Assembly: GCF_004010195.1 (NCBI RefSeq) | Contig: NC_057718.1 | Coordinates: 62,507,928 to 62,541,259, forward strand | Direction of reading: 5' to 3' | Length of the DNA: 33,332 bases | DNA from: Chiloscyllium plagiosum | Taxonomy: Eukaryota | Notes under the pieces: model-generated | Told to the model about the DNA's origin: nothing | Databases searched by the model: none | Seen by the model: the letters and a program-made list of their open reading frames with translations, nothing else | Position numbers and translations under genes: made by a program | In this document: in pieces, positions 24,639 to 33,332 of the stretch | Layout of the letters: every line of letters starts with the position of its first letter | Position numbering within the stretch: position 1 is the first letter of the stretch

Positions 24639-24680
24639 CTCGCTGATGATGCTACCTACCATGGTGACAAAACATCTGAG
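24639..24680 (+). ncRNA. Minimal hammerhead ribozyme motif, degenerate
   Basis: CUCG-CUGAUGA-U-GCUACC-uaccau-GGUGAC-AAAAC-AUC/UGAG. The GAAA box is mutated to AAAA; this is the inverted partner of 23339-23380. Confidence 0.65.
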
Positions 24681-25699
24681 AATCAATCCACAAGCTCAGT
24701 GAACAAACTGACAATCTGAGCTAAACTCTTCTCCAAAATTTCAACTAAACGTAAATTTTGAAATAACTTTTGAATCGCATTTTCATTTAGTCTGCACTCC
24801 AGAGAGTCACTTAACTAGATACCAATCAATGAAAAATCAATTGATTTGATGCAAAATCCACTCCTGCATTGTCAGGTTTGTTATAAGAACCCTTAAAGGT
24901 TGCACCTTGTTGAATGTCAAACACAAATTTGTAAAATATGAAATGTCTACATAAGCTATCTCTAAAGTTAAATTTAGTGAAGGCTATTGCATTCTTTTAA
25001 CTTCCTTGTTTGCTGTGCTTGAATGCTTCATTGTGATGGTCTGTTTATTGTCTGCTTGTTGTTATTCTTCTGCACACTGCGATATCATTTTGCCTTTACA
25101 GCAAATTTAAGCTACCATCGTAAACAAAAAAAAATTTACGTGACAATGATCGCTAGACCTTGTAGTAAGCTTTCTTCCAAACTAGCACCAAGCACTGTTG
25201 CTACTGTGAGATCTGCAAGAGCAGCAGAGTAGTAATATTCAGTAACTTTTGTTTTAAACAACTCTGTGATAGACCACATTAATTGTAATATTTTCACAAC
25301 GAGGAATGCTTTTTAAGAATGTATCCTGGACTACCTTCATCTATATATTTGAGGCCCAACAGTTGCTGACAGGCTTGAGGGCAGATTTAGAAAGTTTAAG
25401 AAGAGATGACAAGAAATTAGTGCAGGATAACATTGCAGGTAATGATGACCAGTGAATGTTAGAAGGGGTAGAGATGCAAACATTAGAATGAAGCAGCAAA
25501 TAGGTTAACAGTACGGAGCAAGGGTAAGAAGACAGCATTAAAGTCCCTTCATCTGAAAACACACACATGATGTAAAATGATAGATTAATTGATAATAGAA
25601 ATAGGAATAAATTTTTATGATATCTGTCATAAAAGAAAGATAAGCTAGCTAAATGTTAGAGGATGATGCTGTGAAATTAATGAGATTTAGGAAATCACA

Positions 25700-26230
25700 T
25701 GAAACTTTGAACAAGTATTTTGTATTGTCTTCACTTTGGAAGACATAAAAAGCATCCCAGTAATAGAAGACGATCAAGGGGCAAAAGGGACACAGTTCTT
25801 AAAACAATCACTTATCTCTTGAGCAGAATGACTGGGTGAGTAAATATGACCAAAGGTTGACGAACCCCTGGGAGTTAATAGTCTGCTTCTATGGCTATGA
25901 AAAGAAATGGTTGCAGAGATAGTTGGTTGCATTTGGGTGACCTTTTTGAAAATTCCCTGGATTCTGGAAAGATGCCAGTGATTTGAAAATTGCAAATGTA
26001 AAGCACTTAATTGAGAAACGGCAGCAAAAAGCAGGAAGGTCAGTCTAACACTTGTCATTGTAGAAATATTGGAAGCCATTATGAATGAAATAGTAATAGA
26101 ATATTTAGAAAATTATAACACTGTCAACCAGAGTCAACATAGTTTTATGAAGGGGAAGTAACATTTAGCTAATTTTAGAGTTGTATAACAAGCAAGGTCA
26201 ATATGGTGTACTTTGGAATTCTAAATTGGC
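25700..26230 (+). mobile_element. Very old CR1 ORF2 fragment
   Basis: ttgaacaagtattttg..gtcttcact (LNKYF..VFT-like), ccagtgatttgaaaattgcaaatgta (P.DWK.ANV-like) and agtcaacatagttttatgaagggg (SQH.FMKG). Confidence 0.7.
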
Positions 26231-26644
26231 AAATTGTTATGGCTCACTGAGGTAGAAGTCCATAAATCAAGTCTCTCTATTCCCAGACATGTACCAAATA
26301 TTAGAGTTTTTCTAAAAAAGTGCACAGTACACTAATTTACCAAAGCTGATGAAAAGTATGGACCAAGCTTACATACTAAACAGAATTACTTTTTATTATG
26401 TGGAAGTAGACACTCCCTGAAGGTAATCTGATAGAAACCATTGGCACTTAACACTAAAACTCTAATCGTTCTATAAAATTCCTTTTATGCAAAAAAAATG
26501 GGGAAAGTAGGTTACTGGTAGAGGTAGAAGAAATGTAAAGTCCATTCAGTATCCTTTTCTTCCTGGTTGTGATGTTGAAATGATACTCCTTTGTCCAGCC
26601 AAATCTCTTGTGTTCAGATGCATTTCCTCTCTCTCTCTCCCCCA

Positions 26645-27144
26645 NNNNNNNNNNNNNNNNNNNNNNNNNNNNNNNNNNNNNNNNNNNNNNNNNNNNNNNN
26701 NNNNNNNNNNNNNNNNNNNNNNNNNNNNNNNNNNNNNNNNNNNNNNNNNNNNNNNNNNNNNNNNNNNNNNNNNNNNNNNNNNNNNNNNNNNNNNNNNNNN
26801 NNNNNNNNNNNNNNNNNNNNNNNNNNNNNNNNNNNNNNNNNNNNNNNNNNNNNNNNNNNNNNNNNNNNNNNNNNNNNNNNNNNNNNNNNNNNNNNNNNNN
26901 NNNNNNNNNNNNNNNNNNNNNNNNNNNNNNNNNNNNNNNNNNNNNNNNNNNNNNNNNNNNNNNNNNNNNNNNNNNNNNNNNNNNNNNNNNNNNNNNNNNN
27001 NNNNNNNNNNNNNNNNNNNNNNNNNNNNNNNNNNNNNNNNNNNNNNNNNNNNNNNNNNNNNNNNNNNNNNNNNNNNNNNNNNNNNNNNNNNNNNNNNNNN
27101 NNNNNNNNNNNNNNNNNNNNNNNNNNNNNNNNNNNNNNNNNNNN
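26645..27144. other. Assembly gap, exactly 500 N
   Basis: Run of n; the round length indicates a scaffolding placeholder of unknown true size. Confidence 0.99.
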
Positions 27145-27207
27145 TTCAAGAACTACAGAGTAATGATGATGATCAGATTTGTTCTGAAATAGACTAGGAT
27201 CAGAATA

Positions 27208-27503
27208 GTGGTGCATGACGGCTCAGTGGTTAGCGTTGGGTGACTGTCTACCTGGAGTTTGCACATTTTCCCCATGACTGCATGGATTTCCTCTGGGTGC
27301 TCCAGTTTTCTCCCACAGTCGAAACATGTGTGGGTTGTCTATTGTATCCCAAGGATGCGCAGGTTAGATGGGTAAGCCATGATAAATGGGGGTTACAGGG
27401 GTAGAATAGGAAGTTTGGTCTGGGTTGGATTCTGTTCGGGTGGCTGGTGTAGACTTGATGGACATAATGGCCTCTTTCTGCACTGTAAGGATTCTACGAT
27501 TCT
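27208..27503 (+). mobile_element. HE1-like SINE, degenerate with partial head deletion
   Basis: ggctcagtggttagc, then ggagtttgcacattttcccc...tttcctctgggtgctccagttttctcccacagtc; tail ctgtaaggattctacgattcta. Confidence 0.8.
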
Positions 27504-27509
27504 ACTGTA

Positions 27510-29110
27510 AATGGCAGAGAAAGGGAAGAATTTCTGAAGTATGTTCAAGAGACCTTTCTTGGTAAACATGCCTCTCTAAGCAAGGAGCCTTTGCTGGGTA
27601 TAGTTTGCATACCAAGGTGGATCAAGTGGTGCAAGTACCAACCTAGAAGCATTTGGAGAATTGTGATCATTGTATCATAAGCTTAATATTATCAATTGAA
27701 TCAGACTGAGTAATTGACAATTTTAAAAAATGTTAATTGTGGAGGGTGGGTGCTGATGCAGTGGTTGGCTGAGCTAAATAATTAAAGGTTGGTAGCTAAA
27801 AGTGTATTTGAGTAATGTACAGCTTTTTAAGGGTTGTTTTGGCTATGGTGTAGGTACGTTGTACAAGAAGGAAAGATAGGATAACTAATGCCACAGCTCC
27901 CTCAGTGAAGAAAGAGTGAAGAGAATAAGATGAAGCAGTAAAAGAGAGGATATAACAAATGTCCAGTTGATGTTACGAATGAGAACCAGGCTGAATATAG
28001 GAAAATTAGAAAGGAAATAAGAGGAGCGAGTGTGGTTTGCAGATGCTGGCGAAGTCAAAGTCAATTAAGTGTGGTGCTGGAAAGAGCACTGCAGGTCAGA
28101 CAGTTTCTGAGGAGCAAAAAAGTCAATGTTTTGGGCGTAACCCTTCATTAGAACTGGACTCAGTCTTTTTTGACTCTGACTTCTCCAGCATCTGCAGTCT
28201 TCACTATCTCCTAGTTGCTGCAAACCATACTGCGAAGCCTCTTCCAAGGATGCCCACTTTGAAGAGGTTTTCCTACTCCCTCCAGCCCAGTCCTGATGAA
28301 GATAATAAGAGGGACAAAAACAGAGTATGGGAATAAACTAGCAACTAATATAAAGGAATCCTAAGTCTCTTATAGGCTTATAAATAGTTGAAGGTAGCAA
28401 AATGAGGATTGGTGCTAATTAGGGACCAGAAAGGAGACCAATGGAGACAGAGAGCATGTTTGAAATCCTAAATGAGTATGCTTACATCTGTCTTTACCAA
28501 GGAAGAAGAGACTGCTAAAGTAATAGAAATGGAGGAGGTAGTTGAGATACTGGATGAGCTAAAAATGATAATCTGGAGATATTGGAAAGTCTGGCTGCAC
28601 TTATAGTTGGTGAGTCACCAAGTCTAGCTGGGATGCATCATGGGTTGCTTTGGAAAGTAAGGATGAATATTGTCCATATTCTTCTAATCCTTTTCAGATA
28701 TGGGACTGATACCAAGGGGATGGAGAATTGCAAATATTATCATTTTGTTCAAAAGTGTGTGAGGATAAGCTAAGGGTGACAAGCCAATCAATTTAGCCTT
28801 GATGGGAAGTATGTAAAAAAGGATAATATTGGACAAAGTTAAGTCATTTGGACAAATGTGGATTATTTGTATTAAGATGGTGTTGATTTGTTAAAGACAA
28901 ATCATGTTCATTTAGCTTGATTGAGTCTTTAGATGAGGTGACAGAGGGTTAACAAGGGTAAAATAGTTGATGTGGTACAAATGGACACAAAATATATTTG
29001 ATTAAGTTCGAAAGTCTGTAAAGTTGAAATCCATGGAATAAAAGGCACAGTAGTAGTGCAAATCGAAAATTGGCCAAAAGGAAACCAACAGTAGTGGCAA
29101 ATGCCTTTTT
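27510..29110 (+). mobile_element. Old CR1 ORF2 fragment (endonuclease end to RT), split at 28025-28303
   Basis: GEEFLKYVQETFL near 27523, LNEY..SVFTKEE near 28468, F.DEVT.RV.KG..VDVV.MD near 28927; many stops and frameshifts. Confidence 0.75.
28025..28303. mobile_element. Short Penelope terminal-repeat-derived insertion with internal inverted repeat and 9-bp TSD
   Basis: Flanked by aataagagg at 28016-28024 and 28304-28312. tgcagatgctggcgaagtcaaagtcaa (28038-28064) is inverted against ttgactctgacttctccagcatctgca (about 28170-28196). Similar to the Penelope termini at 5086-5200 and 14238-14330. Confidence 0.75.
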
Positions 29111-29158
29111 TATTCCCAATAATTTCCCAAAACCTATGCACATCTCTTTCTGCGTGTT

Positions 29159-29503
29159 TAGAATTAGAATCCCTTCAGTGTGGAAATAGGCCCTTCAGCC
29201 CAACAAGTCCACATTTACCCTCCAAAGAGTAATCCACGCAGACCCAATCCCTTACCCAATATTTACCCCTGACTAATGCACCCAACCTACATCTCTCTGA
29301 ACACTATGGGCAATTTAACATGGCCAATTCACCTAACCCACACATCTTTGGACTGTGGGAGGAAACCAGGACACCTGGACGAAACCCACACAGACACTGG
29401 GAGACTGTGCAAACTCTACACAGACCGTCGCCCATGGCTGGAATCGAACCTGGGTCCCTGGTACTGTGAGGAAACAGTGCTAACGACTGAGCCACTGTGC
29501 CAC
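29159..29503 (-). mobile_element. HE1-like SINE
   Basis: Tail tagaattagaatcccttcagtgtggaaa; reverse-complement central domain; head ...gagccactgtgccac. Confidence 0.88.
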
Positions 29504-29673
29504 CTTTATGTATTTGACCAAGTTTTTTGTCATCCCTTCTAATACCTCCCCTCTGCCTTTGAATCTATATCCTACCTCTGTTTGGAAAGTATGTAACAGC
29601 TGTTTATATTAAAGATATTGTATAAATACAATTTGCTTTTCTTAAAGCATCTTGGGTGAGTCCTGAACAGTAA

Positions 29674-29859
<186 letters not shown>

Positions 29860-29969
29860 TAAGAAGTATACTTTAAAACTTTTTTTAATAAATAACTTGC
29901 AGTTGTGATTTATTTTTAACCTAATTATACAAGCTGAAGTTTAAACAAGTGATGCTATGGAATTGTAAC

Positions 29970-30527
29970 CCGCATGGACCTACCTGAAGTATTGTGTGTA
30001 GTTCTGGTCATCACACATTATGTAGGAAGGATCTAATTGCACTAGAAGGGTTGCAAAGGCGATGGATGCTGCCTGGGATGGAGCATTTCAGCATTGAAGA
30101 GAGGCTAGATAAGCTCTGATTGCCTTCTTTAGAGCAGAGAAGGTGGAGGGGGAGCCTGATAGAGATATATAAGATTAAGGAACATGCACAGGGTGAATAG
30201 AAAGTAGCTGTTTCCCTTAGTCGAAGGAACAATAACAAGGGAGCATAATTATAAAGTGGAAGGTGGGAGTTTTAGTGGACATTTGAGTAAAAATAGTTTT
30301 CACCCAGAGGGTACTGGGCATCTAGAATGCATTGCCTGAAAGCATAGTTGAGGCAGGAAACCTCACAACATTGAAAAAATATTTGAATGAGCACTTCAAG
30401 TTTCATAACATTCAAGGCTATGAGCCTAGTGCGAGAAAATGGGACAGGTAGAATATTTTTGGAAATTGATATATTTTTGGCATACTGATTGACTGAACAG
30501 CCTCTTCTGTATTATATGATTGTATGA
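29970..30527 (+). mobile_element. Old CR1 LINE 3' fragment
   Basis: L.YCV.FWS...RKD.IALE.LQR, RRWRG.LIEIYKI and TREHNYKV...FTQRV remnants; tail tatgattgtatga. Confidence 0.8.
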
Positions 30528-30574
30528 GCTAATTCTTGGTCCCCTTTCTATTACTTACTCATACTGCCCTCAGT

Positions 30575-31000
30575 GACATCATTCAAAAACAGTTCATGTT
30601 CCAGATGTCCTCTGATGACAGCCAACTTTACCTCACCACCACCTCTCTTAATCTATTGACTTTAAATTGTCAGAAATTTCCTCCAGTTAAATATTGAGAA
30701 TACTGAATCCATTGTCTTCCAACCACAACATGAAATCAACTCCTCTGCTACAGTCTGCATTCCCTTTCCTGTCAACTGTCTGAAGCTGATACAGAAGTTT
30801 GCAACTTTGATGCTATATCTGATTCCAAATTTTGTTTTAAACCACATATTTGTGCATCACAAGACCTTCTTCTCTTAGCTGTGCAACAATGCCTGACATT
30901 GCCCTGTATCAGCTCCTCTACTGCTGAAACCCTCCAGTGGTGTCTTTGATTCTTTCGGACTTAACTATTCTAATGCACTCCTGGCTGGCTTCCCACATTC
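30575..31000 (+). mobile_element. Ancient L2-like LINE RT fragment
   Basis: ttccagatgtcctctgatgacagccaactttacctc = FQMSSDDSQLYL (cf. FHMYADDTQLYL); LNIENTESIVF (cf. LN..KTE); SAETL-like near 30920. Confidence 0.65.
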
Positions 31001-32076
31001 TACTTTGTGCCACATCCATGATCCATCAAATATATATTCCTGAACATACGTTCAAATACAGGGATTGGTGCTCTGCAGAAGAAAGCAATGTGTCCAGGCA
31101 ATGCACCTCTTTTGAATTAAACTGGAGGGGATTTTAATTTTAATTTTAATTTTAATTATACCTGAATTTTAATAAAAATCAGCTAAGTCTCAATTTCAGA
31201 GTTCCATGAAGGGATTCTCTCGAGCAATTCTCTTGCTCAACTTATGTACATATCCATCTCTGTGGCATTGCACTGTCACTATTGTGGGCTCACCAGTAGT
31301 GAAAATATTCAAACCACAGGACCTTCAGGGATTTCTGCCACTAGCACTAAACTAAAAGCTCAACTCTGCAGCAGGTCAAGTTTGCCAGCCATGAATAACC
31401 ATTCACAGTACGTTGGAAATAGAAGCATACATTTTTATATATGTTGCTACTTTATATCATCACCCGTTTGGCTGTCATTGTAATTGCCGTGATAAGAATT
31501 GAGCTACACAAGCTATGCATCCTTAGAATCAGATCATGCTAGAATCCTGTTTAAAGAAGTCCTACTTTCTCCCTTCTGTCTAGCATAGCATAGTATCCTG
31601 TTGTTATTATTCAGTGTGGAAGCACTCCAAAGTTGGAAAGCCCTCAAACAGTTGAAAATGTTAATTTTTATTGAACAACAGGAAAAGCAAACACGAAAAA
31701 GAAACCCAAAAAAACTGCCAAATAAAAGCCAAGTACTGCAGATGGTAGAATGCTGAAATAAAAACTGAAAGTGTTGGAGAAACTTGGGAAATTTGGCAGC
31801 ATCAGTGGAGAGAGAAACTATTATGGATCAGACCAGCTCTTCCCACAGATGCTGCCCTCTCCTGCCCTACCCAATATAGTAAGGCGATAACCTAGACCCT
31901 AACTTTTACATCGGTTTAAGGCAAGTGTGATGTTCTGTGTTCTAGATGTGATTTGATTGATCCACAGTAAATTTTAATCAACACACACTTTATTCTTATC
32001 ACACAATGAAAATATAAAAGAAAAATTGGCATAACTTTAACTCAATTGAAATACTAAACAAGATAATGTATTACTT

Positions 32077-32516
32077 GAGGTTTGTGTAAAGATTTGTAGC
32101 TTGGGTGTCAGTTGCAGTTGTTGTGGATATGTTCACGAGCTGCGAATTTGGTTTGCAGATGTTTTGCCCCCTCTCTGACATCGTCAGTGATGTGGAGCAT
32201 CCTGTGAAATGTTGCTGTACCGAGTCAGTTGGAATTTATTAGGTTTTGTTCCCACTGCTTCCTTTTGTTCGTTGCAGTGGGTCTAGGTCAAAGTCCGAGT
32301 CTGTGGATGAGTACTAAGATTCTCGGAATTCTCTGCTTCTCCTCTGTTTGGCTTGTCCAATTATTGTTGTGTTGTCAGAGTCAAATTTGTGGTCCTTGAC
32401 GTCTGTTTGTATAGATACTAAAGATAGCTGGTTGTGGCATTTAGTGGCTGGTTGATGTAATAAGATAAGCCAAACAGTGGACAATCAGAGAATTCCTAGA
32501 AACTTGGCACTCATCA
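32077..32516 (-). mobile_element. Penelope-like (Poseidon type) 3' fragment with short inverted duplication
   Basis: Minus strand gives HQPATKCHNQLSLVSIQTDVKDHKFDSDNTTIIGQAKQRRSREF (post-GIY-YIG region) and a hammerhead-like uca-CUGACGA-U-GUC..GGC-AAAAC-AUC at 32155-32190. 32307-32355 is inverted at about 32467-32516. Confidence 0.75.
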
Positions 32517-32559
32517 TTAAGCATGAACACATATATATTCTTGTGCGATGGGATTTGAA

Positions 32560-32880
32560 TAAGTAATACGAGCAGAAGTAGACCATATAACTGATCAAAT
32601 TTGCTCTGCTGTTCAGTGTAAATGTAGCTGAATTTGTAGTTTCAGCTCTACGTTTTAGCCCAATTCCAATATTTCTTGATTCACTGAGGGACCTAAAATT
32701 GGTCTGTCTCAGAGTTCAAAGTATTCAGTGATGGTACTTCTATAAGCCTCTGGGGTAACAATGTCCAAAGATTCACATTCCTTTATGTGAAGAAGTTTCT
32801 TCTCATTCCAGTAGTAAACTATTGTTTCCTTATCTTGAGACTGCTTCCTTTTTTTCTAGATTCACCAGTCAGTGGCAGCA
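32560..32880 (-). mobile_element. Old CR1 LINE 3' end fragment
   Basis: Resembles 535-860 (gagcagaagtagacca...ccaaagattcaca..ct..gtgaagaagtttcttctcat). Confidence 0.6.
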
Positions 32881-33014
32881 ATGTTGTAGTCCGCAAAAGA
32901 CCAGACAAATCCAACTCAACATTCCTTCAATCTACTTTTGATAGCGAAAGCAGATTTTAAAATTTAATCTATTTTTCAAATCAACCTGTTCAGAGATTTT
33001 ATTATATATTATAA

Positions 33015-33332
33015 ATAGGGATGAGGTCCTGTTGAGTGATTGTAGAGAGCTAAGAAAAACATTAAAAACCAGGACCTCAATGGTGGTAATTTCTGGATTA
33101 CTTCCAGTGTCTTGTGCTAGTGGGGGTAAGAACAGGAGGATATGCCAGATAAATGCATGACTGAAGAGTTCGGATTTGGATTCTTAGATCATTGGGATAT
33201 TTTCTGGGGCAGAGGTGACCTGTTCAAGACGGACGGGTTGCACCTGAACTGGAGTGGGACCAATATCCTGGCAGGCATTTTTGCTAGTGCTATAAGGGAG
33301 GGTTTAAACTAGATTGGCGGTGGGGGGTGTGG
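33015..33332 (+). mobile_element. CR1 ORF1 SGNH-esterase C-terminal fragment, running off the window end
   Basis: RTSMVVISGLLPV..AS..KNRRI.QINA* and FLDHWDIFWGRGDLFKTDGLHLNWSGTNILAG...EGLN*, with the DxxH catalytic motif (DGLH). Confidence 0.85.

Larger units (their letters stand above)
23290..24720 (+). mobile_element. Penelope-like element (Poseidon/Penelope type), 3' part with inverted terminal repeats, interrupted by a SINE
   Basis: Decayed thumb domain (TDQILN...HL..HKWSCIRTLF), ITLPYL..VSEM..RLL.PLG.MVAYKP and GIY-YIG N(I)I-KIPCKDCSKHYI*QTGRRL at about 24298-24370. About 23302-23535 is the reverse complement of about 24490-24718. Confidence 0.88.

Noticed and set aside
26474..26520. 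ctt tta tgc aaa aaa aat ggg gaa (LLCKKNGE), faintly like the missing KLFCKKIER exon
   Set aside because: No suitable AG acceptor in phase and no similarity downstream; A/T-rich chance match.
26454..27216. Five long ORFs (190-231 aa) in the track
   Set aside because: Artefacts of translating through the 500-N gap.

Overview
Eukaryotic (vertebrate) genomic DNA. The repeat families (HE1-like tRNA/V-SINEs, HER1/CR1 LINEs, Neptune- and Poseidon-type Penelope elements) point to a cartilaginous fish, probably a shark; the taxon is an inference. The window lies inside one + strand protein-coding gene, SANBR (KIAA1841). Four internal coding exons are readable with canonical AG/GT sites and consistent phases: 10192-10430, 17980-18038, 21355-21515 and 29694-29817. 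About 65 codons expected from my recollection of the human protein are not visible between the last two and probably sit in the 500-N scaffold gap (26645-27144). The rest is intron, densely filled with decayed, nested retroelements; almost all ORFs in the track are TE fragments or their antisense shadows. I see no convincing novel gene system. Most interesting: several minimal hammerhead-ribozyme motifs in Penelope terminal repeats; a three-layer nested insertion in which a CR1's missing endonuclease block reappears inverted at its 5' end; fold-back Penelope insertions; and two SINE copies sharing an identical 25-nt 3' tag. Family names come from recalled motifs, not database searches, and TE boundaries are approximate.
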